NCBI GenBank assembly: GCA_950097015.1
Contig: CATNEN010000030.1
Coordinates: forward strand, 868,001 to 932,000
DNA length: 64,000 nt
Reading direction: 5' to 3'
DNA from: Macrostomum hystrix
Taxonomy: Eukaryota > Animalia > Platyhelminthes
The translations under genes were made by a program, and so were the position numbers. This document shows positions 45,801 to 57,816 of the stretch, in pieces. A model generated the notes under the pieces. That model worked only from the letters and a program-made list of their open reading frames with translations. It ran no database searches and was not told where the DNA came from. Numbering within the stretch: the first letter of the stretch is position 1; each line of letters begins with the position of its first letter.

Positions 45801-47601
45801 AGGTCTATTGAAGGTAGCTCGAGGATTGTGAAGGTCTATTGTAGGTAGCTCGAGGATTTTGAAGGTCTATTGTAGGTAGCTCGAGGATTGTGAAGGTCTA
45901 TTGAAGGTAGCTCGAGGATTGTGAAGGTATATTGTAGGTAGCTCGAGGATTGTGAAGGTCTATTGTAGGTAGCTCGAGGATTGTGAAGGTCTATTGAAGG
46001 TAGCTCGAGGATTGTGAAGGTCTATTGTAGGTAGCTCGAGGATTGTGAAGGTCTATTGTAGGTAGCTCGAGGATTGTGAAGGTATATTGTAGGTAGCTCG
46101 AGGATTGTGAAGGTCTATTGTAGGTAGCTCGAGGATTGTGAAGGTCTATTGAAGGTAGCTCGAGGATTGTGAAGGTCTATTGTAGGTAGCTCGAGGATTG
46201 TGAAGGTCTATTGTAGGTAGCTCGAGGATTGTGAAGGTATATTGTAGGTAGCTCGAGGATTGTGAAGGTCTATTGTAGGTAGCTCGAGGATTGTGAAGGT
46301 CTATTGTAGGTAGCTCGAGGATTGTGAAGGTCTATTGTAGGTAGCTCGAGGATTGTGAAGGTCTATTGTAGGTAGCTCGAGGATTGTGAAGGTCTATTGT
46401 AGGTAGCTCGAGGATTGTGAAGGTCTATTGTAGGTAGCTCGAGGATTGTGAAGGTCTATTGTAGGTAGCTCGAGGATTGTGAAGGTCTATTGTAGGTAGC
46501 TCGAGGATTGTGAAGGTCTATTGTAGGTAGCTCGAGGATTGTGAAAGTATATTGTAGGTAGCTCGAGGATTGTGAAGGTCTATTGTAGGTAGCTCGAGGA
46601 TTGTGAAGGTATATTGTAGGTAGCTCGAGGATTGTGAAGGTCTATTGTAGGTAGCTCGAGGATTGTGAAGGTCTATTGTAGGTAGCTCGAGGATTGTGAA
46701 GGTATATTGTAGGTAGCTCGAGGATTGTGAAAGTATATTGTAGGTAGCTCGAGGATTGTGAAGGTCTATTGTAGGTAGCTCGAGGATTGTGAAGGTATAT
46801 TGTAGGTAGCTCGAGGATTGTGAAGGCCTATTGTAGGTAGCTCGAGGATTGTGAAGGTATATTGTAGGTAGCTCGAGAATTGTGAAAGTATATTGTAGGT
46901 AGCTCGAGGATTGTGAAGGTCTATTGTAGGTAGCTCGAGGATTGTGAAGGTATATTGTAGGTAGCTCGAGGATTGTGAAGGTATATTGTAGGTAGCTCGA
47001 GGATTGTGAAGGTCTATATTGTCTAAAGGGCTAACCATATGATGGACCGTCACGAAAATCGGTCATTTGGTTTGGGAGCTGTAAGTAGGCAGTGGGAATT
47101 TGAAATATCCCCGTGGTCTTTTCCCTGGGGGAAATATTGCGTGGTTTTACTACTGTTTAGGAAGTTGCAGATTCATGAATCGCCTATCCTGACTAAAAAT
47201 AAGCAAATCAGCAGGCGGGAATCGAACCTCCGAACACTGTCCAGCCCAGTGTCAGCAACCTGGGCTCTCAGGCTTGCCTCATCCAATGTGAGAATGCCTG
47301 TGCGAGTCTGGCACAGTTCCAGCAGGACGCGGTGCGGCTTCACCAGTCTAATAACTTCGCGCACATCCTGGCAGCTCTGCTCGGAGAAATGAGCCGTGCC
47401 AACCAGGTAGAGCCGGGAGCCGCCGTCGCCTTCCAGCACCTCGCAGGAGCTGGGCAGGCTGGCTTCGATCTCCTCCAGATTGCCGCGAAGGTCGGCCAGG
47501 TAGTGCAGGTCAGCTAGCAGACTCTCAGATTGGAGCAGCGACAGTACCTGCGGTGGCGGTGGCGGCTGTGGAGCCTGGCTGGTGGTGTCTGGTTGGGCCT
47601 C
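42874..47601 (-). CDS. TRABD: TraB domain-containing protein (4 exons found; start exon not located)
   Basis: Exons 47601-47228, 45665-45518, 45047-44763, 43134-42874 in frame with GT-AG. TraB motifs LYLVGTAHFS, VLLELC, PGGEFRAA, IVDERDRYM, AVVGFGH, and a C-terminal hydrophobic anchor. Confidence 0.9.
43225..44635. repeat. Intronic minisatellite, 34 bp unit (GATTAGCAGCCAATCAAATATGATCGATTGAAAG), TRABD
   Basis: ~41 tandem copies. Confidence 0.97.
45090..45480. repeat. Intronic minisatellite, 32 bp unit (AGGAGTAGCTTGAAGATTGATAAGGATCACTC), TRABD
   Basis: Tandem copies with degenerate edges. Confidence 0.9.
45750..47020. repeat. Intronic minisatellite, 31 bp unit (GTAGGTAGCTCGAGGATTGTGAAGGTCTATT), TRABD
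   Basis: ~41 tandem copies. Confidence 0.97.
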
Positions 47602-50600
47602 CTGAAATTATAATTAATTAGACTTCTAATTGTGGCTAGAGACTAAATATTTCCCTTGATTTCCCTTACTAAATCAATCTAGACTTCAGAAATCCTAAAA
47701 AACTACTTCCTTTTTTTCTCATTTACTTAACTAGGTAGCTAGACCTAAATTATTTACAGGGTGTACAGGGCTATGTTTTAAAATAGTAGAAATAGGAGCA
47801 TAAGCAAGCTAGTGCCCACATTTAAATGAGTTTTGTGTATTTATAGTTGTAGCTACATTATAAAACTTTGAAAAGAAGAAACATTTTTCACCATTAACAA
47901 ATCTTGTAACCTTGATAAATAATCTAAAATGTATTCCAAAAAGTAATTTGTGGGTTTCCCTTAAGATAGCGCTTTTGCACTGGCACGAGTGGTTTATCCT
48001 TCGAAGGCACTGGTCTCTTATTCTCCAGTCTTAGCTGGGCGTTTCTCCAGGATTAGAGGGTCACAGCCTCAATCTGTCTTATTTCCACTCTGGACACTTA
48101 TCTCCTTAGTATATTAAATTACAAAATAATTTCCTTTTCAAAGATGTTTCTCAGATCTTGCGTTTTCTTCGGCTGACTGGCGAGGTGTATTTTTTTACAG
48201 TAAAATTTTCTCCTTTATTTATTGTTCTTAAAATTTGTTTTAATAAAGTATTTCCCTAAAATATAAAAAATATTTGAAATAAACTGTATAGCACAAAATA
48301 TTGAACTATTACAATAACTTAATATATAATGTCAATAAATAAGAAAATAGGATCAAAATAGCAAATCTTATTGATATACCATACCATATACCAAAAATGT
48401 GTATCAAATTTAATAAGAAATTTTATAGAGGCTACCTGCAAATTGTAGAGTGGGGTTTTCCCTAGTCTATTGACTATTGGTAGGGTATTTAAAACAAAGG
48501 CCTTCTGAACTCACTTAAGCTTATAACATTTCAATGCCACATACATGCTTTGGGTTGGTGGGGAAGGGGTTTCACCCCAAAACTGTTGAGTCCCAAAAAG
48601 GCTTGAATTATCATTGGCTGCAGTCTCCCTGGCTTCAGAATTCTAGTACCCCCATTAGTCTTTTGGCTTCCACTATATATATAATATATCCACTGTATAC
48701 TTGTTGGCATTCTTTTTTAATCATTCATTAAACAGTTTTTCTGAGAAGTTTCATTTCAAATCAATGCAACAACTTGGAATTTTGATTGTTAAGGTTGCTT
48801 TTTTAACCTAATGAACTGGGGCTGCTTCTAGGGTTCTTGGGAACTTGTCTGTGGCAAATGTTCAGTATGGGGAGATAAAAGCAAAATGGTTGACATGCTT
48901 AGCAGTGTATATGGCCAAAAAGGATGAGGTGATTAGTGGGAAGGAAAGTATTAGCACATTTTCCTTGTTCTGCTAATATGCTATGCTCTTCTAATTGTCC
49001 CCAAGTGGACAATTAGTCATGCTGATGATTCATCTCTCAAAAAAACCCTACATTTAGGCCTCAAATGAAATACATTGCCGACGTAAACTTTTCCCGACAC
49101 TAACTAAAAATATATATGCATGGATGCAGTATACCAAAATACATTGCCAATGATAATTGTCCACTTGGGGTGGGTTGGGGAATTCCCTGTCACACACCCC
49201 AATTAAAAACTCGTCCCGCTAGCAGCGACCCCAATCCAGTATATGTACATTTTAACGTCGGTTTAACGTCGGTAAAAACCGATCGGCCAAAGTTATATAC
49301 ATGTTATTGCAATAATTAAAAAGGATGACATTAATGTCGGTTAATGAATGTGTAGGTCGAAATGTAGAACACTGTCATAACACACTGGCAACTTTCAACT
49401 TAGTCGATCTATTGGCTCGTGGGTTCAACAAAAAGTTCAAACCCGAAAGGGCCTTGTTTCAAAGAACAGAACTGTGTAAATAAAATGGAAATTAACGACA
49501 CGGCATATTTATAAAAAGAGTTTTAGACCTATTCATACAAGCTGCCGTGTGGATAAGCAGAAAATTATTGGCACGGATCCGTGTGGATAAAATTGAAATT
49601 ATCGGCATGGGACCGTGAGAATAAGCTCTGCCATTATACTTCTAATATACTAAAAATTAAAATCTTGCTTGCTTGCTTGCTTGCTTCTTATTTCTAAAGA
49701 TCAGCCAGAATGTGTAATAGTGGATTCTGCTATTGAACTAAAAAGTAATCACCATTGTTAGGCTTGTCAAATAGGCACCTAAATGAACTTAATAATGAAA
49801 CATTTTGCTAATAATAATAAAATCAAGGACCACTAGGCCAAAAATAATTTGATTTTAATCAAAATAATCTAGTAAATTTGGTCCTTGAATCCTTGGTCCT
49901 CTAACGTTTCTTAGAAACTCTCAACGCAGCTTTCCGCGATAATAAAGTATTTGTTTAAAACAAATACCTATGGTTATCTGTTAAAAAATCGTAGGTGTTG
50001 TGTGCAACTTTTACTGACACATTTTTAAATAGAGGCTTCCGTACTAGGAATCAGCTATTGCAATGTATGCAACTATGCATTTAACCAGCACTCGAAAGCT
50101 ACCCGTTCTAGATTAGACGCACACTTGTAGGGACGTAAATTACTAAGGCTTACTAATCCTGGTTACCGGGCACCGCAACCGGATAGTCAGCTTCGGTAAA
50201 GCATTCAGGAGAATTGACTTCGTCATATTTTTCTGCGATAAAAGACTCCAAAACGAATCAACCACTTTTAGGCTTATTCAATAGTGCCCATACAAGATAC
50301 CCATACATAGATACAAGATCAGATTAATACATGAAGTCGAAGGCAAGTAGGCCTAACAAAAACATTGCAATACAAATCTGTTACTCTGCAACCGTTTTTA
50401 GAAAAAAAGCTTACTTTATATTTGTGAAGACAATTAATCTTTGTATCTTTGTCTGTGTGCTACATGAAACATAATAAAAACAAACACAATGAAACAGTGA
50501 TTAGAATGTCGTCTACCATAATGCCTAGTAATACATTTTTTGCATCACAGCTTTTGCATAAATGTGTTGTCTTATATGAATATCATTTTGTCAATGAAGC

Positions 50601-52399
50601 AAATAGGTCCAGTAGGCTTCTTGACTTGCAAATCAAGAATTAGTTTAATGTCTTGCAGGGAGCAGCCAAGGAATGAATCACTAGACAGAAAACAGTTTTT
50701 TATCTTTGTTTTGCTGGCAAGAATGGTCACTTGTATTGTAGATCTGAAAATGATTATGTTTTTTTCATCTTCGTTTATTTATTTCTTGGATGCTTAATCA
50801 GGCTCTTCTTTTCCAAGGGAATTCTTCAGTTATGGTAGTTATGTTCAATCCATTTCAGGCCCAAAAACCATCCAGAGAAACCATTTCTCAGTACTCAAAC
50901 TGAGGACTGAAAATAAATAAGTCTATATTTATATTGTATAGATTGAGCAAAATACCAACAATAGAACAAAGGAAAATATATATGGAAAACATGTGGATAC
51001 AGTTCATGCCAAAATTATATTTCATCAGCAGTCATTATTTAGTCAATAAGAGTTCTGTTAAAACTCACTCCAAGTGATGGTCACAAGCTTCATTGATTTA
51101 GTTGGAAAAGCAGTCTTTATAGGGTAATGTATCATCAACCAAACAAGAATGTGTATTTTTTTAACTTCAAACCTAAGCTACAGATTTTCTATTTAAGATA
51201 TGATGATAAATCAAAAGCCAATTTATAGAAAACAGTTACATCTTTCTAAAAATTATCTGCTTTTGCTATTTTATCAAATAGAAAAAAGTTATTCCTACTT
51301 TTTATCTAAAACTGAACAATGATTTTCATGTATCTTCAAACCAAACAGAGAATTTGATGTTTGGTTTTACAATTTGAGTGAGTGGTTTAATCTTATTTTA
51401 AGGAGTGAACTATCATGAATTATGTAATTCGAAAGCATTTTTCATGCTCTATAAATAACTACATTTATGGTCATTTAATTGGCAAGCAACCACATACAAT
51501 CTTCGTCTAAAGTACATACTGAAAAATGTTGTTAAAAAGTATGCTTTTGCAATAAAAATTTCTACTGAAACATCAATATCTTTCTTTCCTCTTAATGCTT
51601 CATTGCACATCATGCCTCAGCTTGTAGATAATTTCTTCAACTTGGAAATTAGTTGTTCTGTGAAACACAATAGCTTGTCTTTGTCTTACACGAGACCAAG
51701 GAAGAAGTCAAAATTCTTGTTCGGTTTTGAAGATACACTGTTCGGTTGATGATACATTACCCTAGCTTATGTCTACATAGGAGCATTTGAGATAACTGGC
51801 GGCTCTGTAGATGTAGAGACTGAGGTGACACTGAACTCTATAGCCTGCAAGCATGGGAAACATAGAGCTGGTCCCCATGGTCAAACCCAATGTGCTGCTC
51901 CACAGCTGAACTAGAGTGCCAAGTGACACAAGCAATGTCAGATCAGTCAAATCTGGCTTAATACAGTGTTGTGGCACATGTCTTTTGCAAATACTGATTA
52001 GTAAAATGCTGGCTAGCTCTTTGAGTGATCTTTTTGACCATTAAGTGTGTGGCAACCAACTTGGTGCATTCTAGTACCATTTCCCAGAATTAATAAAACT
52101 CTAGGCACAATGACATGACAGAAACAGGTTGCCAACCTGACAATCACTTGGATACTTGGCAACATAAGCATTGTAGATGCAGACAAGTCTCCTAGCATGA
52201 TAATGCATATGATATGTGTATAGCTCTCATGGAGACATGCTTCTCATGGCCTTCAACACACAATTATTTGTCTTGTTGGTTTTGTTCTCCTTGAAAATGA
52301 ATGCTTTACTAATTAGATCAGTTTCCTAGACAGTCTTTATTTTACTGCAGATCATGTAGTTTGGTTCCACCTTGCAGGACAAAGCAATTGCTAATGTAA

Positions 52400-52900
52400 A
52401 ACAACAAAGTGTTGAAAAGCCTTTGGAGACCAGCCCTGAGTCCTCCGATTCCACAGATTGTAGCTGGTCTTGTCAATGTGGATGACAACAGTTTCTTGTG
52501 GCGAATTCGTTATCAGCTATGTGTACTCCCATTGTGCAGCAATCACTTAGGCCAAATTGGCCTGCAGTTGAACATTGGCATCTTTGGATCCAATTTTGAA
52601 GGTGTACAGGGAACCTTCCAGAGCTCTGGCCACAGTGGCAATTGAGACAGCAGCCTTATTTGGCAGTCTCTCCATCAGCTGCTCTCTCATGATGTTCAGG
52701 GTGACAAATGGATTGGCATCCACTATGTTGGTCAGCTCTTGCCTCATCTCTTTGTCCTTATTGCACCTTGCATCATTCCTCCCACCTCGCGGCATCAAAC
52801 CTTCCAGTCTGCTCAAAACATCTAACAATGTCTGGCGGTCTTCAACTTGATGCCCAGAATGTATGACGCGGTGTTTAAATTCTGCCCTTGAAATAAAAAC
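52400..52900 (-). pseudogene. Degenerate Tc1/IS630-like transposase fragment
   Basis: HTH-like GGRNDAR...IVDANPFVTLNIMREQL...VSIATVARALEGSLYTFK followed, after disruptions, by VVIHIDKTSYNLWNRRTQGWSPKG (region of the first DDE aspartate). Confidence 0.7.
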
Positions 52901-53711
52901 AAAGATTAAGCGTGCTCTGTCCTTGTTAGAAGTTGGTCTCAGTTGCGCCATATAGAAACTGAATATGGTCTGCTATGCAAGGGAAATAAACGCATATGGC
53001 TGAGTTTGGTTGCTCACTCCTGAGTCTGATTGTCACGAAGAGACAGTCTATGGGCTAAGCCCCCATCTTTGCCACCATTGATTTCTATGGGTGGCTGAGA
53101 TCGGATGCTCGTAGCCTGAGATAGGTTGAGAAAGTATACTATACTACACTTAAGGTTTTATGGAAGAAGACAATGGAAAGTGAAATGGGTAGGTAAATGC
53201 AGGCCTACTTCAGGTATTCAAAGGGTGAAAGATAAAAGTAGTTTATTTAGTCACATTTTCAGGCACAAAAATGGAATATATATGCAAATATGCAAATTCG
53301 AGTTTGCAGATTTCAGTTGGTTGCTGCTTTAATGACTAGCCAGGTCAGCAGGATGGTCATTGGTGTTTGCATCAAGCCTCTTAATAAGTGCAGTTGGTGC
53401 TGTCAGTAGACAACCCACAAGGGCATAGGCCACCACCTAGGCCATGGAAATTTAAATAGACTAGTATCTTGATTGAGGATAGAACCAGCTGGTGGCTTAA
53501 CTGGCAGACTCACTGGAAGCATAGCTTGTGGCTGAGGACAATGTCCTAATCTAAACAGACTTTGTTGTTGCTCAAACGCAAAGGCTTGTTGTCCAGGAGG
53601 ATATCTTGCATTGGGTCTGGAAATGATACAAATCAAGATTTTCCAAATCCAAATAACAAATAATCAGACACGCCTTTTTCCAAATACTGAATATGAAGGA
53701 CCCTTGGACTG

Positions 53712-54312
53712 GCCTGGCTGCATTCTTTAACCCGAAGGGCATTCTCAGGAATTCGAAAAGGCCAAACTGCGTAATGATGGCCGTCTTGGGGATGTTGGCC
53801 TCTGCGACAGGGATCTGGTGGTATCCGCGCACCAGGCCAACCTTGGAGAAGATGGAGCAACCTGCCAGACAAGCAGAGAAGTCTTGGATGTGCGGTACAG
53901 GGTAACGCTGGCCGAGAGCTGGTAAGCAAGCTGGGCGGCCGCCCGAGGGTCCAAGAAATCCGCAGACACCAGCGCCATTTGGATGTCGCTGGGAAGTTGC
54001 TGACGAAATATCTCCTCGAACAGCAGGCACGATTTGTGATCGCCTAGCAGCGCAAGCATCTCGTCCATTAGCTCGGCTAGCGCGCTGCTGGCGTGTCATG
54101 TTAAAGGTACCGAGCAGGTGGGCCTTCAGTCGTTCGTACTTGTCGGACTCCGGAGGGCTCTCCAGCAAGCGTTCAGCGGTCTGCTAATCCAGGGCAGCGA
54201 TGCCAGCGACCAGATGGTAATACTTGGTTTCCTCCTGAGTAATGCTGCGCAGGAGAAACTGGGCCTCTGTCTGGATGAACCAGGCTCTAATTGGGTCACT
54301 GGTGGGCAGGCT
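53712..54312 (-). mobile_element. Internally deleted Gypsy LTR-retrotransposon relic (gag fused to an RT fragment)
   Basis: gag AWFIQTEAQF...ITQEETKYYHLV...DKYERLKAHLL and IFRQQLP with a stop and a frameshift; RT RYPVPHIQDF...FSKVGLVRGYHQIPV...KTAIITQFGLFEFLRMPFGLKNAA; no YxDD. Confidence 0.85.
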
Positions 54313-55185
54313 GTTCAGATGAATAAACTCGTTTGCAGAGAAGTTTTGCAGCTCTGATGTTTAGGGCTGGCAGCTTGGCTTTGGCTAGCAGGATGCTGTT
54401 GTCTTGGGCTGCCAAGGCCAGGGCAGCCTGATGGCTTTGGTCACCTTAATGGCCCAGCAGTTGCATTGCTCTGGATTGGTGCTGCTACTACAGCCATTGG
54501 GTCCAAGGTTGCCTGGGTGGGGTGCCCAACTGGGACCATCTAGCAATTTTTTGTTTATCATTTTTCAAAAATTCATAAAAGTGAGAGGGGTGGTGTACAA
54601 AAAAGCCAGTTGTGCTTTTATTGCTGCAGTTATAATAAATTAGACAATTGTAAGATTACACGTCATATTGTGGCACTGTACTAAAGATTTTTCTATGCAT
54701 GTCAACAACTGACTACATCACACACAGTTCACACATACTAGGCTCTATATGCCATGTCCTACTACACTATCACTAGGTTCAAATGCTTCATGAAACTATA
54801 TAACAACTGCACTTTGTCTTTATGTAATCAAATAGTTGCATACGATTGTTTCATTATATTACTTAAAGAAAAAAAAATCTATGAATCAATTCAGATCAAA
54901 AACCAAGCAATTAGTTCATACTGTTTTATAGAAAAAAATGTGTCATACTAAAAGTTAATTCGGCCATATCTTAATACTACTTTATGTCTGATGTTAGTAA
55001 ATTAAATATGGAGTTATAAGGGTTTCTAGTTACTAACTTTCTAACCTTGTAGGCTCTACTCATCTATAAGCAATCTGATGCTTTTTCAGACAGTGACGTT
55101 TTCCTTCATTGAATTTGTGATAGTTTTCGAGCTCATCATTCTCTGCTGAGGCGGACACATTATAAATAAATAGATAGATAGACGC

Positions 55186-57790
55186 ATGGCAGGCTCCGCC
55201 ACTGTAGACGTCGCCGTGCTGGCGCTTCGCCACAGTGGCCCGGAGTCCGTCTCCGAAGGCGTGGAGACTCTGGTAAACTCGCTTGACCTGGCGGGCCATC
55301 AGTACGAGGCGCCTGTTGTTCGCGCTTTGGCAGCCAAGATACCCGCGGCTGTGCAGAACCTGCTGCGCTCCCTGCTGCCTGGCAACGAAGCCGCTTCTGC
55401 TAATCTGCAGTTAGTAATTGACGCCTCAACAGCTGTTGGCGGCGGCGATCGCTGCTCCCTTGTGCTGGCCCTGCTACCTAGCGATCGCGGCTTAGATATT
55501 CGGGCTGCCAGTCCGGTTGGCGGTAAGCATAGATTTGTTGCTATGCGAACGCTTCGGGCGGCACTTCGGCCTTTGGACGAGTCCATACGAACTAAGCGCT
55601 TCGTGGAGTTCGCCTATCGTTGGCTGTTGGAGCGCAGTCGAAATAGCGGCGGCCTTCGTCAGCTCTTCGGCTTTGGTGAAGCGCGTCAAAAGTCGCTCAG
55701 TCTGGAGCATCTGTCGCATCAGCATCAGGCGCAGCAGCAACAGCAGCATCACCAACAACAGCAGCAGCAGATGGCGGATCCGAGTCAGCATCAGCCGCAG
55801 CAGATAGCGCATAATTACTACCCGACACACTACGGCTCTTCTGCTGCAGCTGCGGCGCCGTCTCTCGGTGCTTCAGCCGAAGGTCGCCGCGGTGTCAGCG
55901 CAATGTCCGCCTCCGTTGAAGCTTTAAACGCGATAGAAGCGGCCATGGTAGATTTATTTGTGCCCAGCCCGTGGGCCGGAGACGAGTTTGCCATCTACGA
56001 GCCGCGCGTCGATGCGTTTGTGCGCAACCCGTTCGCAGGCGGGCCGGAGCCGCGGCTTGATCGAGCCAGACGACTGGCGCCGACTCTGTTCCCCGAGCAG
56101 GAGCTTCAGGCGCACGCCGGTGGCGCCGATTGGTTGGCCGGCCTGCCGCTGCACCAGGCTGTTTACGCCAACGAGCCGGACAATGTCAGCCGATTGTTGA
56201 GAGAATCCGCATTTCCGCTCGGCAAAGATCCGGCCGGTTGGAATGCACTGCACTACGCGGCCTGGTACGGCCATGTGGGCTGCGTGCGAGCCTTTGTACG
56301 CGACGGCGCCTTTCCGCCTAATCTGCTGACAGATTTCTATGGGCGCACTGCCCTCCACCTGGCCGTGCTGTCTGGCAGGTGGGTCTTCTGGCATCTCTTG
56401 CTGAATTATGATTCAACGCTTTCCTGTGTTGAACCTAAAATTTCTAGATTTTGTATCTAAACCTAAGGGAACTCTCGGGTTTACAAACGGCAAGAGTAGT
56501 AATATTATTATTAGTACTCATTTATCAGGAGTTTAAGCGTCAGGCACTGTAGACTTCGCCCTGTTGTACGGTAACATCCGTACTGTCACGCTCGTAGCAA
56601 GTATACGGCTAAGACTGTCACAAGAGAAAAAAATGCGTACGTTGATCATGCTAAGAATCAGAGGGTCAGTGGCACAGCGGTTAACGCGTTTGCCTCTCGC
56701 ACCAAGGTCTCTGTACTCGATTCCGCGACGAGGCCACATTAATTTGGAGCGCACCCCCGGAGAGAAGGCTTGGGGGGCTCGAGGACCAACCTCCAAGGCA
56801 CAGTGAGAGTGTACACTGCCTGATGATGAGAAAGTCAGGGCACATGTACACACCTGTGTGATCGTGTGCCTGCATACAGTATCTGTGTGCGTGTGTGCTC
56901 AGGAGTCGGCGAAATGGGCAGGCAGAATTGCCTCCTCGCTGGCTGCGGGTCTAGTATCAACAAATGATGTACCATGGCCCGCTGCCCTCCTGCAGTTATT
57001 ATTAATATTTTATTATTATTTTTTATCCTGAAAATAATTACTTAGCGCTCGGGTAAACGGCAGGAATAACTACACAATTAATGACGTGGAAAAATGCTTC
57101 GTCATCTAGTTAGTAATGTGTCGCACAAGTGACTGGCTTCCTTAAGCCGCTATTGGGCTAGTACTCGTATATTCGAAGTCAATAGTCATGCATTAAGTTT
57201 CCATGGTAACGGTAAACTCCTAGCTTAGCGTGCATCCATCGATTATCAAACCCATCAGATACGAGTGCGTACTTGAGCTGCTTCTCTATCCGGACATTGA
57301 TCACAATCGAACGGACAATTTCGGCCTAACCCCGCTAGAACTGTGCCAGCGAAGCGAGGAGAATTTTCCGACGCGCGAACGGCAACAGTCGACAGCGGCG
57401 CTATTGGAGAATTTCCAACGGCCAAACCTCAGCTCCGTGCCCGTGCACGTGGTCGACGGCTCCCTGCACCTGATGATCCTGCCCTACCGTGATGCGACAA
57501 CAGTTCGCCAGCTTCACTTGCGCATCATGGGCAGTCTGGGCCTCACCGATCCGCGCGATAATATATTCTCATTGTGGGTCTGCAGTCAGAATCTGCGTCT
57601 GCAGCTGAAACCGGTGCACAAACCTTTGCAGCACCTGCGAGATTGGAGAAGCAAAACAGTGCCGCTATTTACTGACACCGATCCTAATAAGGAGGATCCG
57701 AAATTGTTTCTAAGGCGGAATGCGCTTTGCCGATTAGACGCCGAGAAGCAGGGCCACAGTGGCACAGCTGAAACCTTTCTGTTTCACGAA
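55186..57790 (+). CDS. KRIT1: KRIT1/CCM1 orthologue, exons 1-2 (gene continues beyond the window)
   Basis: Exons 55186-56378 and 57259-57790 join in phase 2 (AG|A = Arg). Ankyrin repeats LPLHQAV, GWNALHYAAWYG, GRTALHLA; FERM F1 segment FSLWVCSQNLRLQLKPVHKPLQHLRDW and PKLFLRR closely match human KRIT1 as recalled. Confidence 0.92.
56660..57025 (+). mobile_element. tRNA-derived SINE (family 2) in KRIT1 intron 1
   Basis: A-box-like AGTGGCACAGCGG, degenerate B box ACTCGATTCC, (TTA)n-like tail; head shared with 37755-37830. Confidence 0.7.
57197..57210. promoter_or_regulatory. RFX X-box motif GTTTCCATGGTAAC
   Basis: Matches the GTNNCC-AT-GGNAAC consensus; 48 bp upstream of KRIT1 exon 2. Confidence 0.5.
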
Positions 57791-57816
57791 GTAAGTCGCT
57801 TGCGGTTCTTGAAGTG

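Noticed and set aside
51700-52200. Cys/His-containing short ORFs that might be a decayed zinc-finger or TE protein
   Set aside because: Multiple stops and no recognisable motif; cannot be supported
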